Of a stretch of DNA of 64,000 bases, positions 37,984 to 50,679 are shown in pieces. A program made the position numbers and the translations under genes. This stretch comes from Utricularia gibba. Taxonomy: Eukaryota > Plantae > Magnoliophyta. The DNA lies in assembly GCA_002189035.1 (NCBI GenBank), contig NEEC01000021.1:1364001-1428000 (forward strand), written 5' to 3'. The stretch's first letter is position 1. Every line of letters starts with the position of its first letter. The notes beneath the pieces were generated by a model. The model was not told the DNA's origin and did no database searches. It worked only from the letters and a program-made list of their open reading frames with translations.

Positions 37984-38907
37984 TCAGTAGTCCTCCGGAG
38001 CCAGAGGCTGGTGTTGAGCGCGAGGCACCTCCGCCGGCTCTATGATCCCGAACTCGTACACCAGTCCTCCGATGGCCGCGCCGATGAACGGCCCCACCCA
38101 ATAGATCCAATGGTCTCTCCATCGCCACCCCACCAGCGCCGGCCCGAACGACCGCGCCGGATTCATGGACGCCCCCTCGAACGCCCCGCCGGCGAGAATG
38201 TTCGCACCGAAGATGAAGGCTATTGCCAGTGGCGCGATCGTGCCCAAACTCCCCGCTTGGGGTCGATCGACGTCGCGAAGACGGTGTACACGAGCCCGAA
38301 CGTCAGAACCACTTCCATAAGGAGGGCGTTCACCACTCCCTCTCCACTCCCCACCGCCAAACCGATCGGCCTCTGCCCACAAGAAGAAACGATCATTTTA
38401 TGAAGATTTGCAGAGGTGGATGAGGAAAGCAAGCTCTAACCGTGCCGCCGGTCGCGAGTCGGAGGAGAAGAGTAGCTACCACGGCGCCAAGGAGCTGGGC
38501 AACCCAATAATAAATAGCGCGGAGCAAAGAAATCCTTCCTCCGACGAGTGCGCCGAGAGTGACGGCCGGATTCACGTGTCCGCCAGAGACGTTCATGCTC
38601 GACGCCACGGCAGCGAACAGGGCTAGCGCAGAAGCCAGCGCCTGCAACACAAGACTGGACGCGCTGAACCCCTTCTCCGTGTAAATCCTATCTGCAAATG
38701 CAGAAACACCCAATACAAGAAAATGGGTTCATTGCTCACAACAAGAGATCAAACCCAAAACGGCAACGGCAACTCACCCAGCGCGAGAATGGAGCCCTCG
38801 GCGGCGAACACGAAGATGAAAGTCGAGAAGAATTCAGTAAGCGTGGCTCTAAGCGAATCGGGGTGAGTGGCTTCTTCCCCTCTACCGAAAGCATATCTGC
38901 GAGGCAT
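37984..38907 (-). CDS. TIP3: Tonoplast intrinsic protein TIP3 (seed alpha/beta-TIP); 3 exons (38907-38778, 38691-38441, 38372-37984) with an apparent -1 frameshift at 38251-38254
   Basis: [39 protein letters not shown]; NPA boxes GGHVNPAVT and [10 protein letters not shown]; TIP3-type C-terminus HQPLAPEDY. Confidence 0.92.
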
Positions 38908-39035
38908 TTTTTCCCTTCTTTTCTTTCAACTTTCTGAGTTTTTCTGCTTCTGCTTCACCTTCTGTTGTATAAAGAAACAGGGAGAAGAAGAGATATGGTT
39001 GAAGAATGGGGGAAGAAGACACATGGTAAATCCAC

Positions 39036-39054
39036 TGCATGAACTACGCCACGT
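39036..39054 (-). promoter_or_regulatory. RY element (CATGCA, 39041-39036) next to an ABRE (ACGTGGC, 39054-39048), about 130-150 bp upstream of the TIP3 ATG
   Basis: Both motifs are read directly. RY plus ABRE is the established ABI3/ABI5 seed-maturation module and fits a TIP3 gene. Confidence 0.6.
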
Positions 39055-39498
39055 AGCCTTCTGCGCTGGCAGATTGACGCATCCAATGAAAATTCAACTC
39101 CGCTTGCCCAACATTAATAATTTATTTAAAAAAGCACTAATCAATTTTAATATATATAAAATACATTTAAAATGATATTATATTTAATAAATATATTTAT
39201 CACAGGTCCTTTCGAATTCAATCCAGGCCTAATTATGAGGCCGAGGAGGTGAGTGATAAATGAGGTAACTTTTTGATGTAGTATTTGTTGAAATTAATCT
39301 TTTCTAATTTGATTAGAAAAGATTAGATTTAATTAATTATTAATTTTTTTATAGATTTAATCATTTTAATTTTAAATTATAATATAATATTATTTGTTTT
39401 AATATTTCTCTTTAAATCGAAATAATTTTAATTTGTTTTTTTTGTGATTGTAGATAATATTAATATTATAAATTAAACTAATTTTCATTATTCAAATC

Positions 39499-39958
39499 TA
39501 ATGTATTTTTTTTGTTTTTTAATTGAAATTTATCATAATCATTCAAGTTGTATTGCAAGACAAATGTTTTGATATGATATTAAAATTAAGTATACGATGA
39601 GATCTAGTGAGCATATATAAATCTTAAGTATATAATAAACGTTTATCATATTAAAAAAATAAATTGAATCCATGAGTAGTGATATGTAATTTTATTATGT
39701 AATTTTATCATATAATCAGATTGATCTGATTTTTATTGTTTAAACATAATGTATCTTCTTATTTTTTTAATTGAAATTTATCTTAATCATTCAAGTTATA
39801 TAGTAAGACAAATGTTTTGATATGATATTGGAATTAAGGATCCAATAATATCTAATGAACACATATAAATTTCAATTACACAATAAACGTTTACCATATT
39901 AAAAAAATTAAATTGAATCCATGATTAGTGATATATAATTTTATTATTTAATTTTAAA
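39499..39958. repeat. Diverged AT-rich tandem duplication, period about 248 bp, in the TIP3/BGAL divergent spacer
   Basis: aattgaaatttatc starts at 39521 and 39769; both copies share agacaaatgttttgatatgatatt, aataaacgttta and aaattgaatccatga. Confidence 0.85.
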
Positions 39959-40127
39959 ATAAGATGTAATTATTTGTAGTATTAAATGCCTCTCCGCGTT
40001 CATGCCCAGCTGTCTTCAAGCGAACTCGAGCTCGAGCTCGAACTCTGCAAGAGCCAGGCATTGCATATATACCCAATGGGAGCCAAGCGAAGAAGATGCG
40101 TGAAGAAGGTTCTCCGCCGCCTCATTC

Positions 40128-43100
40128 ATGTTCATGGCGCGATCTCTTATTCTCCTTTTCTTCTTCTTGCTCCTTTCTCCATCTTCGGCTCACAATGTAT
40201 CATACGACTCGCGCTCCCTCATCATCGACGGCCGCCGCAAACTCCTCATCTCCGCGGCTGTTCACTACCCTCGCAGCGTTCCAGAAGTCCTTGCTCTCTC
40301 CTCGCTTCCTTTTGTTTTGTTTAACTGTAAAATGTGCTGTGATTTGGTTGATTGGGGGCTGTAGATGTGGCCGGGGCTTGTGCGGCTGGCGAAAGAAGGA
40401 GGCGCCGATGTGATTGAGACCTATGTGTTCTGGAATGGGCATGAACCCTCGCCTGACAATGTAATCTACTCAACCCACACTCCGCTGGAGTATCATTTCT
40501 TTTTTTCGATTTCTGGGAATTTATCGATTTCTTTTGTAGTTTTACTTCCGAGGAAGATATGATCTTGTCAAATTTTGCAAGATTGTACAGCAGTCAGGCA
40601 TGCATATGATTCTCCGCATCGGTCCATTTATTGCTGCCGAGTGGAACTACGGGTGAGCATTTAGTAGAGTTGTGCGTGTATTGAGTAAATCATGTTTTTA
40701 ACAGGTAGATGATGTTCCGTGCAGAGGCATACCTGTGTGGTTGCATTATGTAAAGGGAGCTGTTTTCAGAACCGACAATGAGCCATTCAAGGTTTGAGGT
40801 TTCATTCGAAAGAATAGATGGTTTCTTTCCCCCCTTACTTTCGTTTTGTCTTGACTGATTGTTAGAATTCCAGTTTCATATGAAAAAGTTCGTAACATAC
40901 GTCGTAAATATGATGAAGAGCGAGAAGCTTTTTGCATCACAGGGAGGTCCAATTATCTTGTCACAGGTGAATTTCTACTCCTTTTTAATTTTCCACAAGT
41001 TCCTCCATCGCTGATTATTAAACGGATATGGGAATATTTATCATTGATATCGTATTTTGAAGGTGGAAAACGAGTATGGGAATTATGAAGCTGCTTATGG
41101 CGAAAGCGGAAAAAGCTACGTCAAGTGGGCTGCTGGAATTGCTGTTTCTCAGAATACAAATGTACCTTGGATCATGTGCCAACAATATGATCCTCCATCT
41201 ACAGTTGTAAGCATTCATATCTCATTTTCTTTTCTATCCTTTGGTAAACCACTTTGAACAATGAAGGGCTGTTACCCTTTTGGCGAAGACAGTTACTAGT
41301 GCTTGGGCAATGTTTTTAATGCGCCCCCATAAACTCTCACACGCCTTTTTCTATTGCTGAAATTGACAGCCGTTTCTTGTGGAGTTCCTCCTTTCACTTT
41401 TTGATGTCCAATAGTAATTAATTATCCAGCTTTGAGCGCATGCATTGCCTATGACAGGACTTTAGACTTCTGTTCTTATTTTAGATCGACACTTGCAATT
41501 CTTTCTACTGCGATCAGTTCACGCCAATATCTCCACAAAAGCCTAAAATTTGGACAGAAAACTGGCCTGGATGGTATTATGTTCACAAAATTCAGTTCCT
41601 CTGATTGTGTTTTTGAATTAATCTAGTTAACGGATTCTTAGTGATATTATCAAGATATTCTTTTAGGTTCACAACATTTGGGGCTAGTCATCCTCACAGG
41701 CCTCCAGAGGATGTTGCATTCTCGGTGGCACGGTTTTTCCAGAAAGGAGGAAGCCTACAGAATTATTATATGGTAGCCATTGCTGTAGGAACACGGCAGA
41801 AGTTTATGATGTTTTATGCCTCAAAAAATGTTTTTTTTTCCCTTTTATCTTCTCAGCTTCTTCTCTTTACAGTACCATGGTGGGACAAATTTTGGGCGCA
41901 CATCCGGTGGACCCTTTATTACTACGAGTTATGATTATGATGCGCCAATTGATGAATATGGCAAGTATTGTACTCATGCTTAAGCTATGCTTGTTGGAAC
42001 TTTTCAAAAAACTATGAACCTTAAGACTCTGTAAACGCTTTGGTTTGCAGGATTGGCTAGATTTCCGAAGTGGGGGCATCTAAAAGAGCTTCACAGATCA
42101 ATAAAATTATGCGAGCATGCATTGCTGTATGGTGAACACAGCTTCTTGTCTTTAGGCCCATCAATTGAGGTTGATATGGTGCCTTTTATCATTAATCCTT
42201 GATTCTCTTCATAATTCCAGAGCATATGCTTGGTTGTTAAAGGTGCTAATCTGTTTTTGTAGGCTGATGTGTATCAAGCTCCATCCGGAGCCTGTGCTGC
42301 CTTCATTTCTAACACAGATGCCAGGAATGATAAGTCAGTGGTGTTTCATAATACATCACATTATATTCCTGCATGGTCTGTTAGCATTCTGCCAGAGTGC
42401 AGAAGTGTTGCCTTCAATACCGCAAGGGTAAGAATCGTCTTTTACTGCAAATGTCAGTTTAGAATTGTAAATAGGCCTGAATATCTCTATTCCGCACTAT
42501 CTAACAGGTTGGTTCCCAGACACACATTGTAGAAATGACTCCAACAGCTTTACAGTCATCCCCTCAATTACAAGAAAAAAGCTTGAGGGGTCTTCAGTGG
42601 CATGTATACGAGGAGAAGGCTGGCATATGGGGGGCTGCAGACCTGATAACAAATCACTTGGTGGATCACATTAACACCACAAGGGATACTACAGATTACT
42701 TGTGGTATTCAACGAGGTTTGTCTTTGAATTTTTATTCCATTGTAACTTTTATCATGTGTTCTACAAGGTATCACTTTCTACTAGATTGAATTCGATTTG
42801 AATGTGCCGTGGAGACTTAAGAATCTTCTTTCTTGATAGCTTCCTTGTCGACAAAAGTGAAGTCTTGCACATAAACGCTCGGAAACCATTGCTTGTGATC
42901 GAATCAAAAGGGCATGCTATACATGTTTTTGTCAATGAGAAGCTTGAAGGTCTTCCCATCTCTTGTAATTTTATAGATTGTGACATGTCTGATACAAAAT
43001 CATAGTATCTACTTAATCCATTGATGCATCTGACTCGTGGTTTTCAGCGAGTGCCTCTGGCAATGGGTCTGAGTCACAGTTCAGAGTTGAAGCACCCCTA

Positions 43101-44550
43101 TCTCTGAAGGCCGGGAAAAATGCCATTGCCTTGCTAAGCATGACTGTTGGTCTTCAGGTACCTTAGTCTCTCTTTGTAATTTCTTTTAAAAAAACTATTA
43201 TAATGGCAATGAATGGTTCTGGATCTCCCTATTCTAGACCGCAGGACCATTTTATGAATGGATTGGAGCTGGTCCTACAAGTGTCAGAATAGTGGGGATG
43301 AAGAATGGCACTATGGACCTGTCTACTTACCCATGGTCCTACAAGGTTTAACATGACTTTTCATTCTCTAATCTCTTTTTACCCATTGCAAGAAGATAGT
43401 TTTCCGCAGATTTCATAACTTCAAACTTCATAATTTTTCTGGTAAGATTGGACTGCAAGGAGAAAACTTGAACATATATGATTCGCAACATTCATCCTCT
43501 GTTCACTGGAGTTTGGTTTCAGATCCACCCAAACAACAGCCCCTAACATGGTACAAGGTAGAACTTTGGAATATTTACCATGCTGATCATCTTTTCTCGA
43601 GTTTACTGCTTATGGATGCCGCTGCTATAAATCCTTGCAGGCTGTAGTGGATTCTCCACCAGGGAAAGAACCTGTTGGACTGGACATGAATCACATGGGG
43701 AAAGGCCTTGCTTGGTTAAATGGAAATGAGATCGGAAGATACTGGCCTCGAAAAGCAAAGCTTGAAAATTGTGTCTCGCACTGTGACTACAGAGGAAAAT
43801 TTTTCCCTGACAAATGCAACTCGGGTTGCAGAAAACCAACACAAAGATGGTAATTTTCTGGATGACATCCCTTGCTACAACTGCTATGCGTGCAGGAAAT
43901 TCATGCCTTTCATCTAGTGTCGTTAACATCAAACTGCTGCGATGTTCTTATTTGGTTCTGTGGACAGGTACCATGTTCCAAGGTCTTGGTTCAAGCCATC
44001 AGGAAACATCTTGGTGATATTTGAGGAAAAAGGTGGAGATCCAACTAAAATTCAGTTCGCAACCCGTAGAATCTCGAGTGTTTGCGCCCGCATATCTGAA
44101 GATCATCCTTCATTCAACAACAAAGCCTCTCTCAGGTTGACGTGCCCAATGAGCACCAAAATTTCAAGCATCAAATTCGCCAGCTATGGCGATCCTGTAG
44201 GAAACTGCGGATCATATGCTGTTGGGAAGTGCCATGATCCATCCTCCATGGCCACCCTCCAAAAGGTAAACCAATTCTAAAACATCTCAGTTTTTATGCC
44301 TTCATTCTCTTGAATCAGTGAACTGTGAATCAATCCAGCATCACTAAAGAACCGCCCTGCGGTTCAATTCGATTCGCCATTCGACATCTTTGTGTCCACA
44401 AAACTCATGAGTTTTTGCTTGCTGCCATGGTGTGAACAGATTTGCTTGAATATGAACGACTGCAAAGTGCATCTGGGGAAGAAGAACTTCCACATGGACG
44501 AATGCCCTGGAACAAAGAAGACGCTGGCAGTCGAGGTTTTGTGCACCTGA
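40128..44550 (+). CDS. BGAL10: Beta-galactosidase (GH35), BGAL10-like, with signal peptide and C-terminal SUEL/galactose-binding lectin domain; about 19 exons
   Basis: [109 protein letters not shown] and [13 protein letters not shown]; all exons splice in phase. Confidence 0.93.
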
Positions 44551-45149
44551 AGCCGATCAAAAAGGGAAGCTTGCGAGTGTCTTATTATTACCATGCCCTT
44601 CATGTACCACTCGTTGTTAGAAAGGAAGTTGTAGCTATGTAATATTACCATTCCCTTCCTTTAATCGGTTTTCAGCAACTTATCGATTAACCAAAAATTC
44701 GATTATTTTTAAGAAATTATAAAGCCTTAAATTTTATTTCATTAAATATTTCTCCCAAATTATTTGTTTATAAATTATATCAAAAAGAATTTAATTTCGT
44801 AAATTGGATAACTTTTGTGGGTCCACTCGGGTCGGGTTGTAATCCAAAACCCTACCCAAATATTTTACATTGGAAATTGACATTGAACCGGAAATCTGAG
44901 CCGGAGAAATTCGCTGCTTTCTGGGTTGGCTCCTGCAGTTCCCTCTGTTTACAGGTATTTCTCTGAAGTGGATGATGTCTCCAGAGTAAGATGTTATATT
45001 TCGCTGCTACGCTTCGAGATCGGACAAGGATTTATGCTTTCTGTTTTGTATATGTGTAGTGTTTTTAGATGCATAACCTTGACCGTCAATCCTGATTACT
45101 GATGCCGAGTCTTTGATGCATTGTGGGATTCAGGAGGTTTTCTTTCGAT

Positions 45150-48100
45150 ATGGATTTCGTGTCCAAGTATCAGGTAAAAGATGTTACTCTCTTGGTGAAG
45201 TTGCCCCCACCTCCCCGCCTTTTTTTGTTGAATTGGCTAGATCATCTACTGGCCTGACAAGCGCGGTTTCCATAACAGGGTGTCGTGGGCCGTGTTTTCG
45301 GGAATGATAATTCTGCTGCCAATTATGATAGGTGATTTCTATTTTCCCTTCTGTAATTTCAATATGTGCAAAATGCCTTCTTTTCATGTGGGCATATAAA
45401 ATTTACATTGCATGTGTTGATGAATCATGTGGTGTTTTATGTATTGGAAAAGACCTGTGGCTAAGCAGCTGCATGTAGATGATTTCGAGATAAAATAAAA
45501 AACCAACGATCTTCCGTATATGGCTTTTTGTTTATTTGTCACTTTGATATTGTGCTGTCCGCATCTTATTGGACTGATGATTTACTTTCGAAATTAGATA
45601 TGTTGAGAGGTTGCTTGATCGCATCAGTAGTGGCGTTCTTGCTGAGGATCGGAGGACTGCTATGGTTGAACTTCAGTCGGTTGTTGTTGAAAGTCATGTT
45701 GCTCAGTTAGCCCTGGGTGCAACAGGTTAAGTGATTTATTTTTGTGACGTAATTGTTATCAGTTTAATGTCATCAAGGGTAGTGAAGTTCAAATCTTGCT
45801 CTATATCTCGGTGCAGGTTTTCCTGTCTTGCTAGGTGTATTAAAAGACGAGCGTGATGATACAGAAATGGTTTGTGTCTTTCTCGCGCATATTTTGAGAG
45901 ACAAGTTTTTATTTATTTATTTATTTTTCACTTGCATTGGGTCTCAAGATTAGTTTCATTTGGTGGCAAAACCGTCTTCTGAGAAGCATACATGTGAACT
46001 TATTTGTTCAAGATTCGAGTTTTTGCTCATTTTTCTATACTGCTGCATACTAAAAGCCATTAAATAAAATTCCCAATTAAATTTTCTCATTTTATTTAAA
46101 GGTTCGAGGTGCTCTGGAAACACTTGTTGGCTCCATAACCCCCATTGATCATGGTAGATCGTTGAAGAACGAGGTTCAGCCTGGTCTGATCAACAGCGAT
46201 TTGCTTTCTAGTGAAGTTGGAAGCATTTCTCTTTTTTTGAGTCTTCTGGTAAGGGATCTTCTACAAATATTCACTTCTACTGTATGAATCAAAGATTAGC
46301 TAAGTAATGAGTTTAACAGTCAGAGGAGGACTTCTACGTAAGATATTACACACTGCAACTGTTAACTGCCCTTCTGACAAATTCCCCAACTAGGTACGTA
46401 TTCTTGTCAAATTGTTTCCCCTTGAAGAATTTTAGCATCATGAAGGACGGGAAAAATTTCTCAGGATTCAGGAAGCTATTTTATCAATTCCTCGTGGCAC
46501 TACGTGTCTTGTGGATATGTTGATGGATCGTGAGGTATGATGTTGCTTACTTAGAAAAATTTTTCAGCCATATGTTGATGTTTAAATGCCTCCAGGTTAT
46601 CCGGAATGAGGCATTACTACTTCTAACATACCTGACTCGTGAAGCTGAGGTAACCTTACTGTTTCTGCATCATCGCATTTTGGGTCTTTTTTTGGTTATC
46701 AGCTGATCTTGATACATACCTAAAACCAATCAGGAAATTCAAAAAATCTTGGTTTTCGAAGGTGCTTTTGAGAAAATTTTCGGTATCATCAGAGAGGAGG
46801 GTGGTTCTGAAGGAGGTGTGGTTGTGCAGGTATTCATCATTATCTTCAAGCTGAGTATTCTCTTGAATTAAGCATGTTGATATCGTCAGCCGTTAATTTC
46901 ATATTTTCTGAACTTTTTTTTTTGTTATAGAACATTAGCATCTCATTGCCTTTATTTTTCTTATTGGTGTTTAATAGGATTGCCTTGAGCTACTAAAGAA
47001 TCTTCTACGCCATAATCCATCCAACCAGGTTGGTAGTCATTATGTCATCACGTCTTTACTTGGATATCCCTAGGTTCGTATGCTTTCTTTTGAATTGCTG
47101 CACTGATTCTGAAATTAATGGTAAACGTTACAGGAGTTGCTCAGGGAGATTGTGGGCTTTGATATGTTGATATCAGTTTTGAAGGTCAGAGGCAATTCCT
47201 ATAAGTTCACGGAGCAGAAGGTTGATTCTTCTCAGCTTGGATGGTTAATACTACTATATTCACATTCTCTGTGTATGTTCATTTAGTAACCTTTTTTTAA
47301 ATGATTTCGTGGCAGTAGACAATTAATCTGCTGAGCGCAATGGATATAGTGGGCTTGCTCTTGCATTCTGATTCACAGGCTGAGCTTGGGAAAGAATCCC
47401 CTATAATAGCCAATAAGACAGTATTAGCTCAGGTTTGACTGTATCTTTAAGCTTCTTTGCTGAAGATGAATCATTCAACCGATTGATCCTGAGCATTTCA
47501 ATATAATTCTAATAGACTTGCTTGTCATGCAGAAAAAGGTGTTGGATCATCTTTTAGTGCTTGGTATTGAGAGCCGGTGGGCTCCTGTGGCTATCCGCTG
47601 CAAGGTAAGACAATTACATTTTCTCAATAAGGTTACTGAGAGTAAATTTTACTCAACTAGTAGCATATGGATCATAGCCTGTATATTCTCCCATTGTATA
47701 AATATGAGGAATCTGAGTTTGCCTTTCGATTGTTTTTGTTGATAAACGATTGTGCAAGTATGCCATGCTATAGATCATGGAGAAAGTTGTTGAATTACCT
47801 AATGCACACCCTGAATTTGCAGGCACTGCAATGTGTGGCCGATGTAGTATCCAATCATCAGAAAAATTGTGATGCTTTTGCAGCAATGGTTCTTGGCGAG
47901 GAGCCAAATGTTGAGCCTGCTCTGAATTCTATTCTTAGAATTATTTTGAGAACTTCTAGCACACAGGAGTTTCTTGCTGCTGACTATGTTTTTAAGAGCT
48001 TTTGTGAGGTTTGTATCAGTAGTTTCATCATGATAATTAGTATGATGAAATTGACTAATTTTATGCAGTTAATCCTTCATTGTTTTGGATATGCTATTAT

Positions 48101-50201
48101 TCATTTTGATTTAACATTTTATCTGGTACATTCATATCCAATCAATTATATGGTTAGAATTGCAGTATCTCATTTGCCACTTTTGATTTTAGAACAACCC
48201 TGAGGGCCAAAGAATGCTTGCTTCAACTTTGATTCCTCAACCTCAGCCAATGTTTAAAGCCCCTGTTGAGGAGGATGTCAACATGTCTTTTGGAAGGTCC
48301 TGATTTTATCATGATTCTTCATTTATTTTCAGTTCCTTGACTGTTGGTTTATTCATAACGTTCTTAAATTTAGTTGATGATTTTTCTTCTCCAGCATGCT
48401 ATTACATGGTCTAACGTCAAGTGAAAGCGAAGGAGATCTTGAGGTAATGTTGCGTTCATATTTTATGCTTAATTTTCTCTATTGAGAAATCATTATTAAG
48501 GCCAATTAAGAATCCTTCATATGAGCAAGACCACCGTCTTTAAAATTCATAGTATATTATCGTTTTCCCACTTTGACCTTTTTTTTCCTTTGCAGAGTTG
48601 CTACCGAGCTGCAAGTGTTCTTTCTCATGTGATCAAAGATAATAATCAATGCAAGGAGAAGGTATTGATATCCATTTTTTTGGTTTATGTGCGTATAGAA
48701 CTTTTAGTTTCTTGGTGGGTTGCATCTCCCTAATACCATGGAGTGTCTTTGATGATTCTGCTAAGCTCTTGTGGTATGTTTCCATGCTTTTTTTTTACCT
48801 TACGGGAAGTCGCTGCAGGTTCTCCAAATTGACCTTGAGGCCCCAATGCCATCGTTTGGAGGGCCAGAGTCACTGATGCATCGTATGGTTAGGTACCTAG
48901 CACTTGCTTCTTCGGTAAAAAGCAGAGACGGAAAAGCCAGCACATTTGAGTCCGTCTATTTCCACCCAATCATTCTGAAACTGCTGGTGATATGGCTCTT
49001 TGACTGTCCAAGAGCTGTCCAATGCTTCATTGATTCACGCCCTCATCTAACCTACTTGATTGAGTTAATGTTAAGTGAAAATTCTACTCCATTTACGGTT
49101 GGGTTGGCTGCTCTACTCCTTGGAGAGTGTGCTGCATATAATAAAGCCACTGAGAAAGGAAAGAATGCTATCAGCATTGTTGATCTCATAAGCCAGAGAA
49201 TTGGGCTTACTTCATACTTCTGTAAGTTCGATGAGATGCACAAGAGCCTACTCTTCACTTCAGAGGGGCCAAATCAAGGGCATAAACCATTGACCAGATC
49301 CCCTGCTGCTAGCATGTCTGAGATTGAAGATGTTGAAGAAAATGAGACCAGTGATCTCAGGGGCAACCATGAAGTCATGCTTGCCAAGGTCCTTGATTCC
49401 CAGTTTGTTCAGTTTGTCAGGGGGCTGGAGGCAAATATCAGAGAACAAATCATTTCTATCTACAGTGATCCAAAGAGCCAAGTTGCAGCTGTCCCTGCGG
49501 AGCTTGAACAGGTTCCAGGGGAAAGCAACGAAGACTATATCAAACGTCTAAGACAGTTTGTGGAGAAGCAGTGCATTGAGATTCAGGTAGTTTTGTTCAT
49601 CATGCCTGATTAGTTTGCCAATTGCTCAATAGACTACTTCCATATTCTAACACATATTCTCCTCTTGGACTGTTATTTCATCTCCCAACAGGATCTTTTG
49701 AGCCGAAATGCAGCTTTAGCAGAAGATCTATCAAAAACTGGTGGAGCCGCCTCCTCTCAGCCTGACGGCGGTGGCTTAGACAGGCTTCAAGTTGAAACAC
49801 TGCGCAGGGATCTCCACAACACTTCCCAACAACTAGAGATCCTCAAAACTGAGAAATCCAGAGCCGAAGCTGAGGCCTCAGCATACCGAAACTCAGCCAG
49901 CAAGTTGGAGTCAGACCTGAAAAGCCTGTCTGATGCCTATAACAGTCTCGAGCATGTAAATCTTCAACTAGAGAAAGAGCTCAGAGAAGTGAAGAGTGGG
50001 GGAAGCCCAGACATAGACATAGAAGCCATAAAAGCTGAAGCTCAGATGGCCAGCGAAGCTGAACTGAACGACTTGCTGGTGTGCCTTGGACAAGAACAGA
50101 GCAAGGTGGAGAAGCTGAGTGAGAGGCTGATGGAACTCGGGGAGGATGTTGACAAGTTGCTGGAAGGAATTGGTGAAGAAGAAACGGAGCTTCAAGACTG
50201 A
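45150..50201 (+). CDS. GC6: Golgin candidate 6 (USO1/p115 vesicle tether; MAG4); about 19 coding exons
   Basis: MDFVSKYQ/GVVGRVFGND.../YVERLLDRISSG.L.EDRRTAM.ELQS, EEDFYVRYYTLQLLTALL, DMLMDRE/VIRNEALLLLTYLTREAE/EIQKILVFEGAFEKIF; C-terminal coiled coil with SEAELNDLLVCLGQEQSKVEKL. Confidence 0.93.
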
Positions 50202-50679
50202 TGATGAAGAGAAGTATTCTCCCCTGCAACTCAGTTCAGTGCACTGTCCACGTGGAATGCTTCTCATTGCTCACTTTTGTACAGTCCTGGATCATGTGTT
50301 TCATAATTTAAAATGTGTTAAAACATGAATTTTATTTATTTTATTTTATTTTTCAGGATTTTTATTTCGTAGATTAAATTTGAAATATATTTAATACATG
50401 AATTTAATTGTGTGTGGTTATGTTAATTATAATTCCAAATTATCTGAATGTATGTAAAAAAATTTAAATTTAAAATAAAATTGTTTATTTAATTTAAAAA
50501 GAATTGTTTTTTATATAGATGCTGGAAAGTGGTCTTCCATCCCGTGACAATCTCAACCATCCGCTGCAAACGATGTCAATCGTTGATTGCCGCCCGGTTG
50601 GTGACTTGGCGTGGTTTTGCAGACATTCACTTTCAAGTTTGAAGGCACTGATCATTTGCGGGCTGTATGATCATAGAGA

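Noticed and set aside
50190-50215. TGA TGA TGA at the GC6 end suggesting a frameshifted acidic tail
   Set aside because: The reading frame already ends in an acidic tail (EEETELQD), and there is no independent evidence of an indel.
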